A DNA stretch of 47,383 nucleotides from a virus, in the IMG/VR virus record IMGVR_UViG_3300027509_000005. One strand, 5' to 3'. The notes below the pieces were generated by a model. That model worked only from the letters and a program-made list of their open reading frames with translations, was not told where the DNA came from and ran no database searches. Every line of letters starts with the position of its first letter. Within the stretch, counting starts at the first letter, position 1. The position numbers and the translations under genes were made by a program. Shown piece by piece: positions 7,762-16,100 of the stretch.

Positions 7762-8087
7762 GGTGTATAACTTGCTAATTTAAACTTTATAGCCTCTTCA
7801 CCTTTCTTAACAATCTCCTTTTCAGCAACTATTTTATAGATCTCTTTATCATCAAATTGGTACTTGTCCTGTAGAGCGTCTATAAAGGTTTTTAGAGCGT
7901 TATCAATATCAGAAGCCCTGCTAGAGAAGTAAAACGTAACGTAGAGTGTTTTAAGGCCTTCTGGGGGGTTTATTTTGGGTAGTAAGTATCTTAATGCTTC
8001 TCTGTACGCTTTATGCTCTGGTGTTTTGAACCTGCGCCCTCTCCATGCTTGATTTACTGATAGTGGCTTTATTTTAACTTTAATCAT
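7758..8087 (-). CDS. rusA: RusA-like Holliday junction resolvase
   Basis: LSVNQAWRGRRFKTPEHKAYR ... SDIDNALKTFIDALQDKYQFDDKEIYKIVAEK matches the RusA D-x-DN...DD acidic signature. The size (109 aa) is typical. Confidence 0.7.
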   Translation of the reverse strand: MIKVKIKPLSVNQAWRGRRFKTPEHKAYREALRYLLPKINPPEGLKTLYVTFYFSSRASDIDNALKTFIDALQDKYQFDDKEIYKIVAEKEIVKKGEEAIKFKLASYTP

Positions 8088-8385
8088 CTAGTTTGAACTT
8101 AGATTCTGCTAATTGGCTTATCCTAATGATAGCATTTGATATGATTGAGATATCTTCAGTCAGCTTGTTAAAAAAATCTTCGTCCATCTCAACGCTTTCA
8201 ACAAGGGAATACTTTTGATCCATATATTTTATACCGCCAGCAGCGTGTGTTGGTCTGTAAACCCAGCCGCCACGATCATCTCCTGAGATGTAATAATATA
8301 AATCATTATGGATAAAATAAATCATTCTTATCTCGCCTGACTCTGTCTTTGCTACATCACCTATCTTAAATTTTGGCTCTTTCAT
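8080..8385 (-). CDS. Hypothetical protein, 101 aa
   Basis: ORF in the array. Confidence 0.6.
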   Translation of the reverse strand: MKEPKFKIGDVAKTESGEIRMIYFIHNDLYYYISGDDRGGWVYRPTHAAGGIKYMDQKYSLVESVEMDEDFFNKLTEDISIISNAIIRISQLAESKFKLDD

Positions 8386-8413
8386 ACTTTTAGTTTACCC
8401 AATAAACATAATA

Positions 8414-8689
8414 CTACCTAACTATCTCCCAAATATACTCTGATCTCCCATAAATACCCATAGCCTTAAAAGCTGTCTTTCGCAGTATATTTTGCTTTGT
8501 CAGATTTGTGATTGATCGTCTTACGGAAGTTATAGGGTATTTTTCACCTAACATTTTAAATACTTCTGATGGTGATAGCATACCTCTTTCCTCAAAGAGT
8601 GTTGATATGGCATCGTCTTGATTATGAGCAGAATTTACGTTTAGTTGTAACTGTACGTCTTTTTCTTTTGTTGTGTTGTAGTATGTCAT
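8414..8689 (-). CDS. Winged-helix DNA-binding protein (MarR/HTH_36-like)
   Basis: ..LSPSEVFKMLGEKYPITSVRRSITNLTKQNILRKT..GRSEYIWEI fits an HTH recognition helix plus wing. Confidence 0.5.
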   Translation of the reverse strand: MTYYNTTKEKDVQLQLNVNSAHNQDDAISTLFEERGMLSPSEVFKMLGEKYPITSVRRSITNLTKQNILRKTAFKAMGIYGRSEYIWEIVR

Positions 8690-8868
8690 TTTTTTGTTTT
8701 TTTGAAATAAAATTTTAGGTATTCCTCTATCGAGTCGCAGTAACAGCCTTGATCTTCTAAGTAATCTCCTGTTTTTGCCCTTACGATGGTTGTTACTTTC
8801 TTACACGTCTCACATTCTACGTGCATTGCTAGTTTTACAGGGATTGATTCGTCTATCCATTTACACAT
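8686..8868 (-). CDS. Cys-rich small protein, 60 aa
   Basis: ORF with CxxC pairs; ATGA overlap downstream. Confidence 0.5.
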   Translation of the reverse strand: MCKWIDESIPVKLAMHVECETCKKVTTIVRAKTGDYLEDQGCYCDSIEEYLKFYFKKTKK

Positions 8869-8880
8869 ACGCTTTTTTCT

Positions 8881-9348
8881 TTATTTTTTACGTGATTTTA
8901 ATATCTCGATCATTTCATCAAAGCATTCATTTATTTCTTCTATCATTTTGATTCTTTCAGGCTCATCTTTCTTTTCTTCCTCTAGTACAGGTGCTACTGC
9001 CCAGTGAGGAACATCATAAGAATCATTCTTTATATCATTTAGCACTCTACAGATAGTGTAACCTCCTATATTTACCTTCTCAACAAAAAACCTTTCGCTA
9101 TCTTTATACGCACACCTATCCCCAACCTCTAGCATAAGAGGTGGTTTTGTTACTATTTTGTATCCTGATTTAAACTGATCCTCGATACCTTTTTTTGCCC
9201 AGAATACATTACGGCTAACAAACTGCTCATGAGGGTATTCATATGTTACATCGATAAATTCAGTAAAGATTTCTGTCACTCCATCTACCGAAGTCAATTC
9301 AACCCTATGTCCCATCTCCAATAACTTCTTTAAGCGTTCTGCGTTCAT
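8881..9348 (-). CDS. Hypothetical protein, 155 aa
   Basis: ORF in the array. Confidence 0.6.
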   Translation of the reverse strand: MNAERLKKLLEMGHRVELTSVDGVTEIFTEFIDVTYEYPHEQFVSRNVFWAKKGIEDQFKSGYKIVTKPPLMLEVGDRCAYKDSERFFVEKVNIGGYTICRVLNDIKNDSYDVPHWAVAPVLEEEKKDEPERIKMIEEINECFDEMIEILKSRKK

Positions 9349-9365
9349 AGTTTTATTTTCTATTA

Positions 9366-9785
9366 TTACGATACATTGCTACTTACCTCAAATTTTTTAG
9401 CCAAGTCTATCCCAAACTGACTACTTTTCTGATCTTTGTAATCCTCACCAGTCTTTTCAATCTGCGCTATCCCATCCTCCCCTAGCATTTTAGCCCACTT
9501 ATAATGCTTTTCGCTGTATTCTTCTGTCACCTGTGCAAAGTTATGTGGCTCTAGGTAGACTCTCACATCGTCTCTGAGGAAGCTATCCCCATTTTTTGAT
9601 AGTTTCCATCCATTCCAGTAGGAAGATGTTGGTGGGTTCGCTATGGAAGCTATGGTTTTTACATTGACGATTGATCCATCTTCCAGGCGTACAAAGTTAT
9701 TATTCTTCATTTTTTCCTCAATGGTCTCGAAGAATACATCGCTGATAGGAAACTCTTGACCATCGAATGTGTTGATTATCTTCAT
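9366..9785 (-). CDS. Hypothetical protein (first ATG; track start at 9794 is TTG)
   Basis: ATG lies 1 nt after the stop of the upstream gene. Confidence 0.6.
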   Translation of the reverse strand: MKIINTFDGQEFPISDVFFETIEEKMKNNNFVRLEDGSIVNVKTIASIANPPTSSYWNGWKLSKNGDSFLRDDVRVYLEPHNFAQVTEEYSEKHYKWAKMLGEDGIAQIEKTGEDYKDQKSSQFGIDLAKKFEVSSNVS

Positions 9786-9786
9786 A

Positions 9787-10512
9787 TTAGCCAAATGTTA
9801 CGTTATCCTTTTTATTTTGATTCTGCTCCACCCAAGCCTTAATCAGTCCTAGATTTCTTTGCATTTCTGTAGGCTTAGTAGATTTACCTTTTGAATATTT
9901 ATCCGCGAGCATTTTGGGCAGAACAATTTCTACGATGGGCTTTAGTTTTTCTATGCCAAACTTCTGGATCATTTCCTCTGATGCTTTGCGTTCTGTCTTG
10001 TTCCTGAAAAGAGTTTCGTATGATGGGTTTACTTCTTCAAAAAAAGTAATGAACTCATTGATCTGATTCTTTGCAAAAGTTTCTTTTGCTATACTCTCTG
10101 TGTCATCTATGTGTACTCTATGTATAGACGAACTGACCTTTCGTCCTATGCCATGGGACTTTTCGTCCTGTGGCATAGGACATTTCGTCCTATGCTCCTG
10201 ATAGTAACTATCGACACATTCTTCATTAATAATGTAATATGTATCATGGTTTTTTCTATCATATTCATATGATATTACACCAATGTTTTTCAGTTTTGGC
10301 TTGATTCTTTTTTGCTGCCTATATGACAAGCTAGTTTCTGATTCTATCTCACTAGCAGATTTTTTTATACCTTTTTCAGGGTTGCCTTCTTTACCTTTCC
10401 AGTAAAGCATTTGTCCTATGAACACAGATTCCTCTAGCCCAAATACCCTAGCCAATGATGGATAGAATTGTACTGGTCTACCTACCTCTTTTATAGCTTC
10501 TGTTATCTTCAT
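9787..10512 (-). CDS. Replication initiator / replisome-organizer-like protein (N-terminal winged helix)
   Basis: Strong RBS (TAGGAGatgatATG). N-terminus ..FYPSLARVFGLEESVFIGQMLYW..SASEIESETSLSYRQQKRIKPKL is DnaD/phage-O-like. DNA-level 22-bp iterons sit in mid-gene. Confidence 0.5.
   Translation of the reverse strand: MKITEAIKEVGRPVQFYPSLARVFGLEESVFIGQMLYWKGKEGNPEKGIKKSASEIESETSLSYRQQKRIKPKLKNIGVISYEYDRKNHDTYYIINEECVDSYYQEHRTKCPMPQDEKSHGIGRKVSSSIHRVHIDDTESIAKETFAKNQINEFITFFEEVNPSYETLFRNKTERKASEEMIQKFGIEKLKPIVEIVLPKMLADKYSKGKSTKPTEMQRNLGLIKAWVEQNQNKKDNVTFG
10139..10204. repeat. Three tandem 22-bp iterons (TTTCGTCCTrTG..), each an imperfect 17-bp palindrome GTCCyrTGsCAyrGGAC; candidate origin of replication
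   Basis: TTTCGTCCT occurs at 10139, 10161 and 10183, exactly 22 bp apart. Units 1 and 2 match at 18 of 22 positions. The period is not a multiple of 3, so the repeat is at DNA level, not protein level. Confidence 0.6.
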
Positions 10513-10638
10513 ATCATCTCCTAGAAATATTTATTTTGTTGTGTAATTCTTTGTGTACATGCCTTATTTCAAGGTGTACAAATACCAAAATAATTATTAT
10601 TACTACGTCCAACATTTTATTTTTTTAGCAAATTAAAA

Positions 10639-10721
10639 CCACTCAACAGATGGCGTACTTGGCATAAATTGGTAGTGGAGTCAAGTGTCTCCTAGCCTAT
10701 TTACGCCAATCTGATGAGTGG
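10639..10721 (-). promoter_or_regulatory. Long imperfect inverted repeat (about 19-bp arms, 44-nt loop) followed by TTTTAATTT; terminator, structured leader or ncRNA 3' end
   Basis: CCACTCAtCAGATtGGCGTA ... TACGCCATCTGtTGAGTGG on the minus strand gives 18 pairs, one mismatch and one bulge. Confidence 0.5.
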
Positions 10722-10828
10722 CTACTTGATATATTACATCTACCAAAATGTATTTGTTGAATGTTTGGCACAAGGGGATCTCTGCATAGCAGATTTAGCA
10801 CTCACGAAGAGTACGTCCTTGTACCAAC

Positions 10829-10858
10829 ATTATAGCATGGGTTATTTATTTTGGTCAA
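10829..10858 (-). promoter_or_regulatory. sigma70-type promoter (TTGACC - 18 nt - TATAAT)
   Basis: Minus strand reads acTTGACCaaaataaataacccatgcTATAATgttgg. It is intergenic, downstream of the 10862 gene. Confidence 0.6.
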
Positions 10859-10861
10859 GTC

Positions 10862-11974
10862 CTAGTAAGGCAACTGAGCAGGAACTACTGCAATATCTGT
10901 TTTGTAGTTGTATTTTATGCAACCATCTTCAATCATAAATGAGCCGCTAATTTCTAGCCATTTCTCCCATCTTGTTTCTGTAGGGAATCCTAGAAAGTTA
11001 TCAAAGTATTCTGTATCAGATGTTCTTACGCTGTAGTGTCCGTTCTCTGTAGGCAGTTCTTGTCCGATATTGTAGTCAGTCCATCCGTTATGGTGTCCTA
11101 CATACTGCCACTCCACGTTATCAGTGCTAAATCCTGTAGACCTTTGAATAAACTCACCTGTGTCCATGTAGCCATCATCGTTTCTATCCTCGTAGTAGTT
11201 AAACATTGGCACAGTGTCACATTCTTCTACCGCTTCGACTTCAACGTATTCTACAACTGTCTCTGTTACTGTCTCGTAGATTGTTTCGTAGACTACTTCT
11301 GTGATGGTTTCCACTGGCAATTGTTCAGTAGTTGTATTATTATCTTGTTGTTCTTCGATTGAACTTTCTTGTTCTCCTCTTGTTGTTCCTGTATCAGTAA
11401 CCGAGTCTCTTTGTGTCTCATCTCTATTTGAAACAGTGCTATCCGAATCAATAAAATCGTTGCCAACAAGCTCATCAGCCACATACCATGCAATTCCTTC
11501 ATACCCCCAATTTTTATCGTTGTTTATAATTAAGTCTTTCTCACTTTCGCTCACAGTGTAGAAATGGTGCTTGTAAACAGGACTCCAGAAGCGATATACA
11601 GGGTCACCCTGCTCTCTGACGTAAAAAGCAATACCTTCGTATGTCCAGTTGTCATCATCGCCTAATCCTGCGCTTTCTGATTCGCTGATTGTGTAGAAAT
11701 GTCCTTTAAAATTCTCTGACCAGTGACGGAATACAGGCTTGTAATCTCCATCGTGTGATACATCATATGCTACACCCTCGTACTCCCAGTTATCGTCATT
11801 GTTGATGAGGTTGTCTTTTTCGTTCTCGCTTACTGTGTAAAAGTGTCCTTTAAATTGTGGGCTGTAAAACCTGTGGAGTTCTTTTGCGCTTGCACCTTTT
11901 GCTAGTGCAAAGAAGATGATTACCCATGTTATTGCTATGATTGATAGGATTGTGTAAAACTCTTTTTTTGTCAT
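10862..11974 (-). CDS. Secreted protein with three DUF5648-type repeats, acidic T/E linker and C-terminal domain
   Basis: Signal/TM segment ILSIIAITWVIIFFALAKGASA. Three copies of RFYSPxxKGHFYTxSExEKDxLxxxDxNWxYEGIAxxV. Confidence 0.65.
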   Translation of the reverse strand: MTKKEFYTILSIIAITWVIIFFALAKGASAKELHRFYSPQFKGHFYTVSENEKDNLINNDDNWEYEGVAYDVSHDGDYKPVFRHWSENFKGHFYTISESESAGLGDDDNWTYEGIAFYVREQGDPVYRFWSPVYKHHFYTVSESEKDLIINNDKNWGYEGIAWYVADELVGNDFIDSDSTVSNRDETQRDSVTDTGTTRGEQESSIEEQQDNNTTTEQLPVETITEVVYETIYETVTETVVEYVEVEAVEECDTVPMFNYYEDRNDDGYMDTGEFIQRSTGFSTDNVEWQYVGHHNGWTDYNIGQELPTENGHYSVRTSDTEYFDNFLGFPTETRWEKWLEISGSFMIEDGCIKYNYKTDIAVVPAQLPY

Positions 11975-11976
11975 AT

Positions 11977-12270
11977 CTATTTTATTAGTTCATACAATTT
12001 ACTTAGTGTCTCTTCTGACTGATCTTGTATTGGGAGGGTGAGGTCTATTACGAACGAATTGCCATCACCAACATTGTAATGATGAACATGCAATTTCGAT
12101 TCCAAATTTGAACAAAGTGATTTACCTGATTTACTGAGCATCAAAAGAATATCCTGTAGTGATATATCTGCTAATTGATAACTATCTAAACACTTCTCCT
12201 GCTCTGCTCTGAGTGGAAAAATTTCATTCCTCTTCTCCCTTAGATTGTCTAGTGTTTCTTGTTTTTTCAT
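11977..12270 (-). CDS. Hypothetical protein, 97 aa
   Basis: ORF in the array. Confidence 0.6.
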   Translation of the reverse strand: MKKQETLDNLREKRNEIFPLRAEQEKCLDSYQLADISLQDILLMLSKSGKSLCSNLESKLHVHHYNVGDGNSFVIDLTLPIQDQSEETLSKLYELIK

Positions 12271-12271
12271 A

Positions 12272-12523
12272 TTATTTCTTTATTCTTTTAAAACAAGTCT
12301 CACAATGATAGTACTTTACGTCTGATTTATGGATTAAATAGCTCTTTACGCCCTTTGGGAGATACTTGTGGCAGTGATTGCAGTGGGCTATTTCTGTTTG
12401 CGTGGCTACTGTCTCAGACTTGATATCCTTATTTATAATCAATCCACAGTTTGCACACATGTTTCCCATTTTCTTTTGATTCTTTCTACATCTACACATA
12501 TTTTTTTGTACACATTCGCACAT
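12272..12523 (-). CDS. Cys/His-rich zinc-ribbon protein, 83 aa
   Basis: Multiple CxxC/CxxH pairs (CANCG, CNHCH, CETC). Confidence 0.55.
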   Translation of the reverse strand: MCECVQKNMCRCRKNQKKMGNMCANCGLIINKDIKSETVATQTEIAHCNHCHKYLPKGVKSYLIHKSDVKYYHCETCFKRIKK

Positions 12524-12591
12524 TCCAGAAAAACAAAGGTGTAACCAAACACCGAAAACTGAAATGTGCGGAGGTATAGTGGATTTATTAT

Positions 12592-12792
12592 TTAAGATAC
12601 CTTACCATAACTTGATTCGATAGCATTTTTCTGCTTCTTTACTCTAATTTTTGCTTTTTTAAGCATCTTCATGAAGTACATTTTTTGAGCAGATTTTGTA
12701 TTTTTAGACATGAAATCATAATGCCTTACGTCTCCTTCAAATGTTATTAAGTCATTATTCATAGCTTGAAAATGCTGGCTGTCTTTTTTCAT
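12592..12792 (-). CDS. Small basic protein, 66 aa
   Basis: ORF in the array. Confidence 0.5.
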   Translation of the reverse strand: MKKDSQHFQAMNNDLITFEGDVRHYDFMSKNTKSAQKMYFMKMLKKAKIRVKKQKNAIESSYGKVS

Positions 12793-12798
12793 ACGTTT

Positions 12799-13203
12799 TT
12801 AATTATCTAAGTCTTGCCTATTAGGGAATTGTACCACTGGTATATTATTGTTTCCTAGACCAGTTGATATGCTTTTGTGTACCTTTGATACCTCGTCTGT
12901 GTCGAGTCCTGTAGTACTTTCTTTCTGGAGGGTTGCTATTTGTACTTTGCGCCAGACTACTTCTTTAACGCTGTCAGAACTCCATGATAAACCTAAAGCG
13001 TTTTTTAATACTGTCATCATGTCGTAACCTGATTCGTTCCATGCTTTAGCCTGTAGACCGCACCAGAGATGGATTGATCTGTTTTGAGCATCTGTTCTGG
13101 ACTTGGCTACTTTTTTTATCTTGTAGACCTTTCCATGCAGATTGAGCATAGTTTCAACGTCTGTGGGATCTTCTGTTGTCTCGTATTCTATTTTGTATCT
13201 CAT
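12799..13203 (-). CDS. ninB: NinB/Orf-like recombination mediator
   Basis: KSRTDAQNRSIHLWCGLQAKAWNESG resembles lambda NinB RSLDQNRKLWACLGDVS. The size (134 aa) and position next to an exonuclease fit. Confidence 0.55.
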   Translation of the reverse strand: MRYKIEYETTEDPTDVETMLNLHGKVYKIKKVAKSRTDAQNRSIHLWCGLQAKAWNESGYDMMTVLKNALGLSWSSDSVKEVVWRKVQIATLQKESTTGLDTDEVSKVHKSISTGLGNNNIPVVQFPNRQDLDN

Positions 13204-13204
13204 T

Positions 13205-13414
13205 TCATTTCTTTTTTTTAATAAGAAAATCCTTATTTAGAGCGTAGACACTATTATCCTCGTAAATTTTATCATAATTGCCTTCAAAGATTTTTCCGTC
13301 TTTACTTAGCCACTGTCCGTACATTCCATCCATTCTTAAGAATCTAGCAAATTCTTTTTTAGATATCATGACATTTGTGCGGTTTGGGATATCCCACTGA
13401 CTCAATTCTTTCAT
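13205..13414 (-). CDS. Hypothetical protein, 69 aa
   Basis: ORF in the array. Confidence 0.55.
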   Translation of the reverse strand: MKELSQWDIPNRTNVMISKKEFARFLRMDGMYGQWLSKDGKIFEGNYDKIYEDNSVYALNKDFLIKKKK

Positions 13415-13532
13415 ACTCTTAATTTTAGGGGGGGGTTACATGCCACTGGATATTCACCTAAACAACATGATGAAACATTATTGGTGAATAAGATACGCCT
13501 TGATTCATCGCATCTCGCATGGGGGATTACGC

Positions 13533-14222
13533 CTAGAAACTTGATTTTAATATAATAGGGCGAACTCTATTTACATCGCTTTCAAACATTTTTAGACCCT
13601 CTCTTTCTCTGATTAGTAGATTTTGCAATTCTTCGTCATCTCTCGTTATCTCTACAATATTCAACTGCCATTCTTCTGAAATAAACCTAGAGTCCCAAAA
13701 AAGAAAGTATAGTAATTCCTGTTTCTCGTTTACCAGAAATGAGTGTACAACCTGCCAGACATGTTCACTTGGTATTCCCATGATGTTCCTTTGACCTTTT
13801 GGCAAAGAATCAGATATATCTGAGAAGTTATTTTTTATCATATTCATGACATGATTCTTGGAGTCGAGACTTTTAATCTCAACGCCTTCTGAGTAGTCAT
13901 CATTGGTAAGTCCATCTGGCGAATAAGTCCATATCGGATTTTCGTCTGAGATACACATTGAAACAGTCTCTACATTCTTCCCTGTACGCTCTGTAAATGC
14001 CTCTAATGCGTATTTCTCCTCAGTATTGCCTCTATCCATCTCCTCGGTAGTTTTGAACGTCTTAGAGCGTCCTGTACCTTCCTCAGCGATAAATTCAGCT
14101 ACTTGATTCCAATATGATGTCTTAGTACCCATGATATTCTTCACCTTAGTACCTGTGATTTTACCCATTCTGCTCTGTAGCCATTCTTCAGACCCTTGTT
14201 CCATGCTTTTTATAACCTGCAT
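13533..14222 (-). CDS. YqaJ/lambda-Exo-like recombination exonuclease
   Basis: N-terminus MEQGSEEWLQSRMGKITGTKVKNIMG matches the YqaJ signature (GSxEWxxxRxGxxTxS/T). Size 229 aa. Confidence 0.7.
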   Translation of the reverse strand: MQVIKSMEQGSEEWLQSRMGKITGTKVKNIMGTKTSYWNQVAEFIAEEGTGRSKTFKTTEEMDRGNTEEKYALEAFTERTGKNVETVSMCISDENPIWTYSPDGLTNDDYSEGVEIKSLDSKNHVMNMIKNNFSDISDSLPKGQRNIMGIPSEHVWQVVHSFLVNEKQELLYFLFWDSRFISEEWQLNIVEITRDDEELQNLLIREREGLKMFESDVNRVRPIILKSSF

Positions 14223-14223
14223 A

Positions 14224-14748
14224 CTATTGAAGTTTAGTTTTTAGACTTTCTTTCAGTTCGATGATTTCTTTCATGTTCTGAAACTTTTTACCTAAAGCAA
14301 TCCATGTTTTCTTTAGTGATTCAAGATTATCACACTTTTTGAGTAGTACCATAGCTTGAGCCTTTGTCATAGTTTTCTTTGGTACTACATCTCGAACTCT
14401 TAGAGCGTCATGTACTTTTCCAAAAGCCTTAACCTGTGCAGTCATAAGTTGTATCTGCTTACCTTCCCATTGTCCGATCTGATTTCCGTATAGCGTTGAT
14501 ATAGTACTTGCATTTGTGATATTCAGTATCATCTTAGGTATATCCTCTTTGAAATACAATACGATATGGGTACTACTCTCGTTCGTTTGGTGATTCTTTA
14601 CATTCTCCTCACCTGCAACCTTTTCTATTGTGACGATCATATCCTCATCTTTCTCCAAGTTGTGTCCACCGAGGTAGTCACGATCTAAAAAGTTTTTCCA
14701 ATGCCGATCTCTACCTTTCTCGATCTTAGTTATGATCTTCTTGTTCAT
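14224..14748 (-). CDS. Hypothetical protein downstream of the exonuclease (possible ssDNA-binding/annealing partner; first ATG, track TTG at 14781)
   Basis: Call rests on position only. I recognised no motif. Confidence 0.5.
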   Translation of the reverse strand: MNKKIITKIEKGRDRHWKNFLDRDYLGGHNLEKDEDMIVTIEKVAGEENVKNHQTNESSTHIVLYFKEDIPKMILNITNASTISTLYGNQIGQWEGKQIQLMTAQVKAFGKVHDALRVRDVVPKKTMTKAQAMVLLKKCDNLESLKKTWIALGKKFQNMKEIIELKESLKTKLQ

Positions 14749-14827
14749 ACTTCTTTTCTTTAATCTTGATAATCCATCCAATAATCAGGATGTATGCCTT
14801 CTTCTGTTAGTTCTTGACCTGTCATAT

Positions 14828-15022
14828 CTATGTTACTTTGTTGTTAAAATCTTCCTTTATCCATTCAATCCACCATGTCGCACCTCTATCATTTGCGCAA
14901 CTCTTACTGCAATAACTTGGGATTGATGCTTGCTGCGCACAATCGGCAACTTCTCCATCAAGATGCGATCCGCACATTTCACACATATATCCTTCCATCA
15001 TCATTTCGCTAACTTCACTCAT
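14828..15022 (-). CDS. Zinc-finger small protein, 64 aa
   Basis: CEMCGSH ... CSKSC Cys pairs. Confidence 0.5.
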   Translation of the reverse strand: MSEVSEMMMEGYMCEMCGSHLDGEVADCAQQASIPSYCSKSCANDRGATWWIEWIKEDFNNKVT

Positions 15023-15025
15023 ACT

Positions 15026-15733
15026 TTATCTTTTCAACAATTTAACAATCTTTGTCTTTTTACCAAACTTCTTAGCTTCCTCATGCGCTTCCTGTCCATA
15101 ACCGAAGAATACATCAAATGTCATTCCGTTTCGCTTCTGTACCCATTCTGCTGTACGATCTTCACATACATATCGTGTACCATCTATTTCTACTATTGAG
15201 TGCATCTTGATCCACTTAGGACATGCTATAGTACCTTCTCGTGCTACTTTGTTTGCAGCATTGAGGCAACCACCCTTTCCATCTGGATAATGGCATGAGT
15301 CAACGTCTGTGTATGCTGTGACTGCTGCTGTGTATTCTGCTACTACGTCCTTGTCATCTTTTGGTGTCTCGATTGTAACCTCTTTCTTATCTTCTTTTTC
15401 CTCAACGATAAATGTTTGTGTCTCGATCATGTTAGGCTGATCGTCCATAAACTTTTTGAAGTCGTACCCTGCGTATACTGCAAGTCCTAGAATGAAGATT
15501 GTAGCGATTGCAAGTGCTTTCTTCATCTTCTTTTTTTGCAGGTTCTTTTTCTTTGTAATTTGTCCTTTTTGACTTGGGGTCAGTCCTTTTTGTACTTTCT
15601 TCATACGATTTCCTTTTCCTGGTACTAGTTCTACTTGTGCTTTCTTTTGCTCTTTAATGGCTTTCTTTTGTCGTGCGATACCTTCAAACTCTTTCTGGAT
15701 ATCTGCTCGCTGGTTTATTTCTTTATTAGACAT
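15026..15733 (-). CDS. Membrane-anchored 3D-domain (MltA/YabE-type) cell-wall-binding or muralytic protein
   Basis: Lys-rich N-terminus, TM segment ALAIATIFILGLAVYAGY. C-terminus YTAAVTAYTDVDSCHYPDGKGG..AREGTIACP..VEIDGTRYVCEDRTA..FDVFF fits the 3D-domain pattern (TAYT..G..G.iA.d..iP.g..v.i.G..y...D.g). Confidence 0.6.
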   Translation of the reverse strand: MSNKEINQRADIQKEFEGIARQKKAIKEQKKAQVELVPGKGNRMKKVQKGLTPSQKGQITKKKNLQKKKMKKALAIATIFILGLAVYAGYDFKKFMDDQPNMIETQTFIVEEKEDKKEVTIETPKDDKDVVAEYTAAVTAYTDVDSCHYPDGKGGCLNAANKVAREGTIACPKWIKMHSIVEIDGTRYVCEDRTAEWVQKRNGMTFDVFFGYGQEAHEEAKKFGKKTKIVKLLKR

Positions 15734-15755
15734 ATTTTTGTTTTTGTTTTTTATT

Positions 15756-15908
15756 TTACTGTTTTTCTACTTTATCAATTACTAGTTTTGTCTTTATAAC
15801 TGCTAGTGCTATAAGTGCCTTTGCCATTTTTTGTTGATCTTCTGGTATAAGATGCTTATAATCAGACATCAACTGATCTGCTATTTCATCTAATTTTATT
15901 GTTTTCAT
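15756..15908 (-). CDS. Small hypothetical protein (start MKTIKLDE..; long form to 16016 possible)
   Basis: The ATG at 15908 is preceded by GGAAAAGG. The longer form lacks an RBS. Confidence 0.45.
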   Translation of the reverse strand: MKTIKLDEIADQLMSDYKHLIPEDQQKMAKALIALAVIKTKLVIDKVEKQ

Positions 15909-16100
15909 AATTTTAACCTTTTCCGATTTACCATATTCTTTATCTCTATGCACACAAAAGATTTGTGAACGCCAACCAGAAACCGTTTCTGGATATGATT
16001 TGTGGTTTTCTCGCATACTTTTACTTTAAAAATTCTATTGCTATGAATATCAGAGTAAAGCTCGGAAGGAGAAATACTGATGATAGTGTTATTTTGTTAA

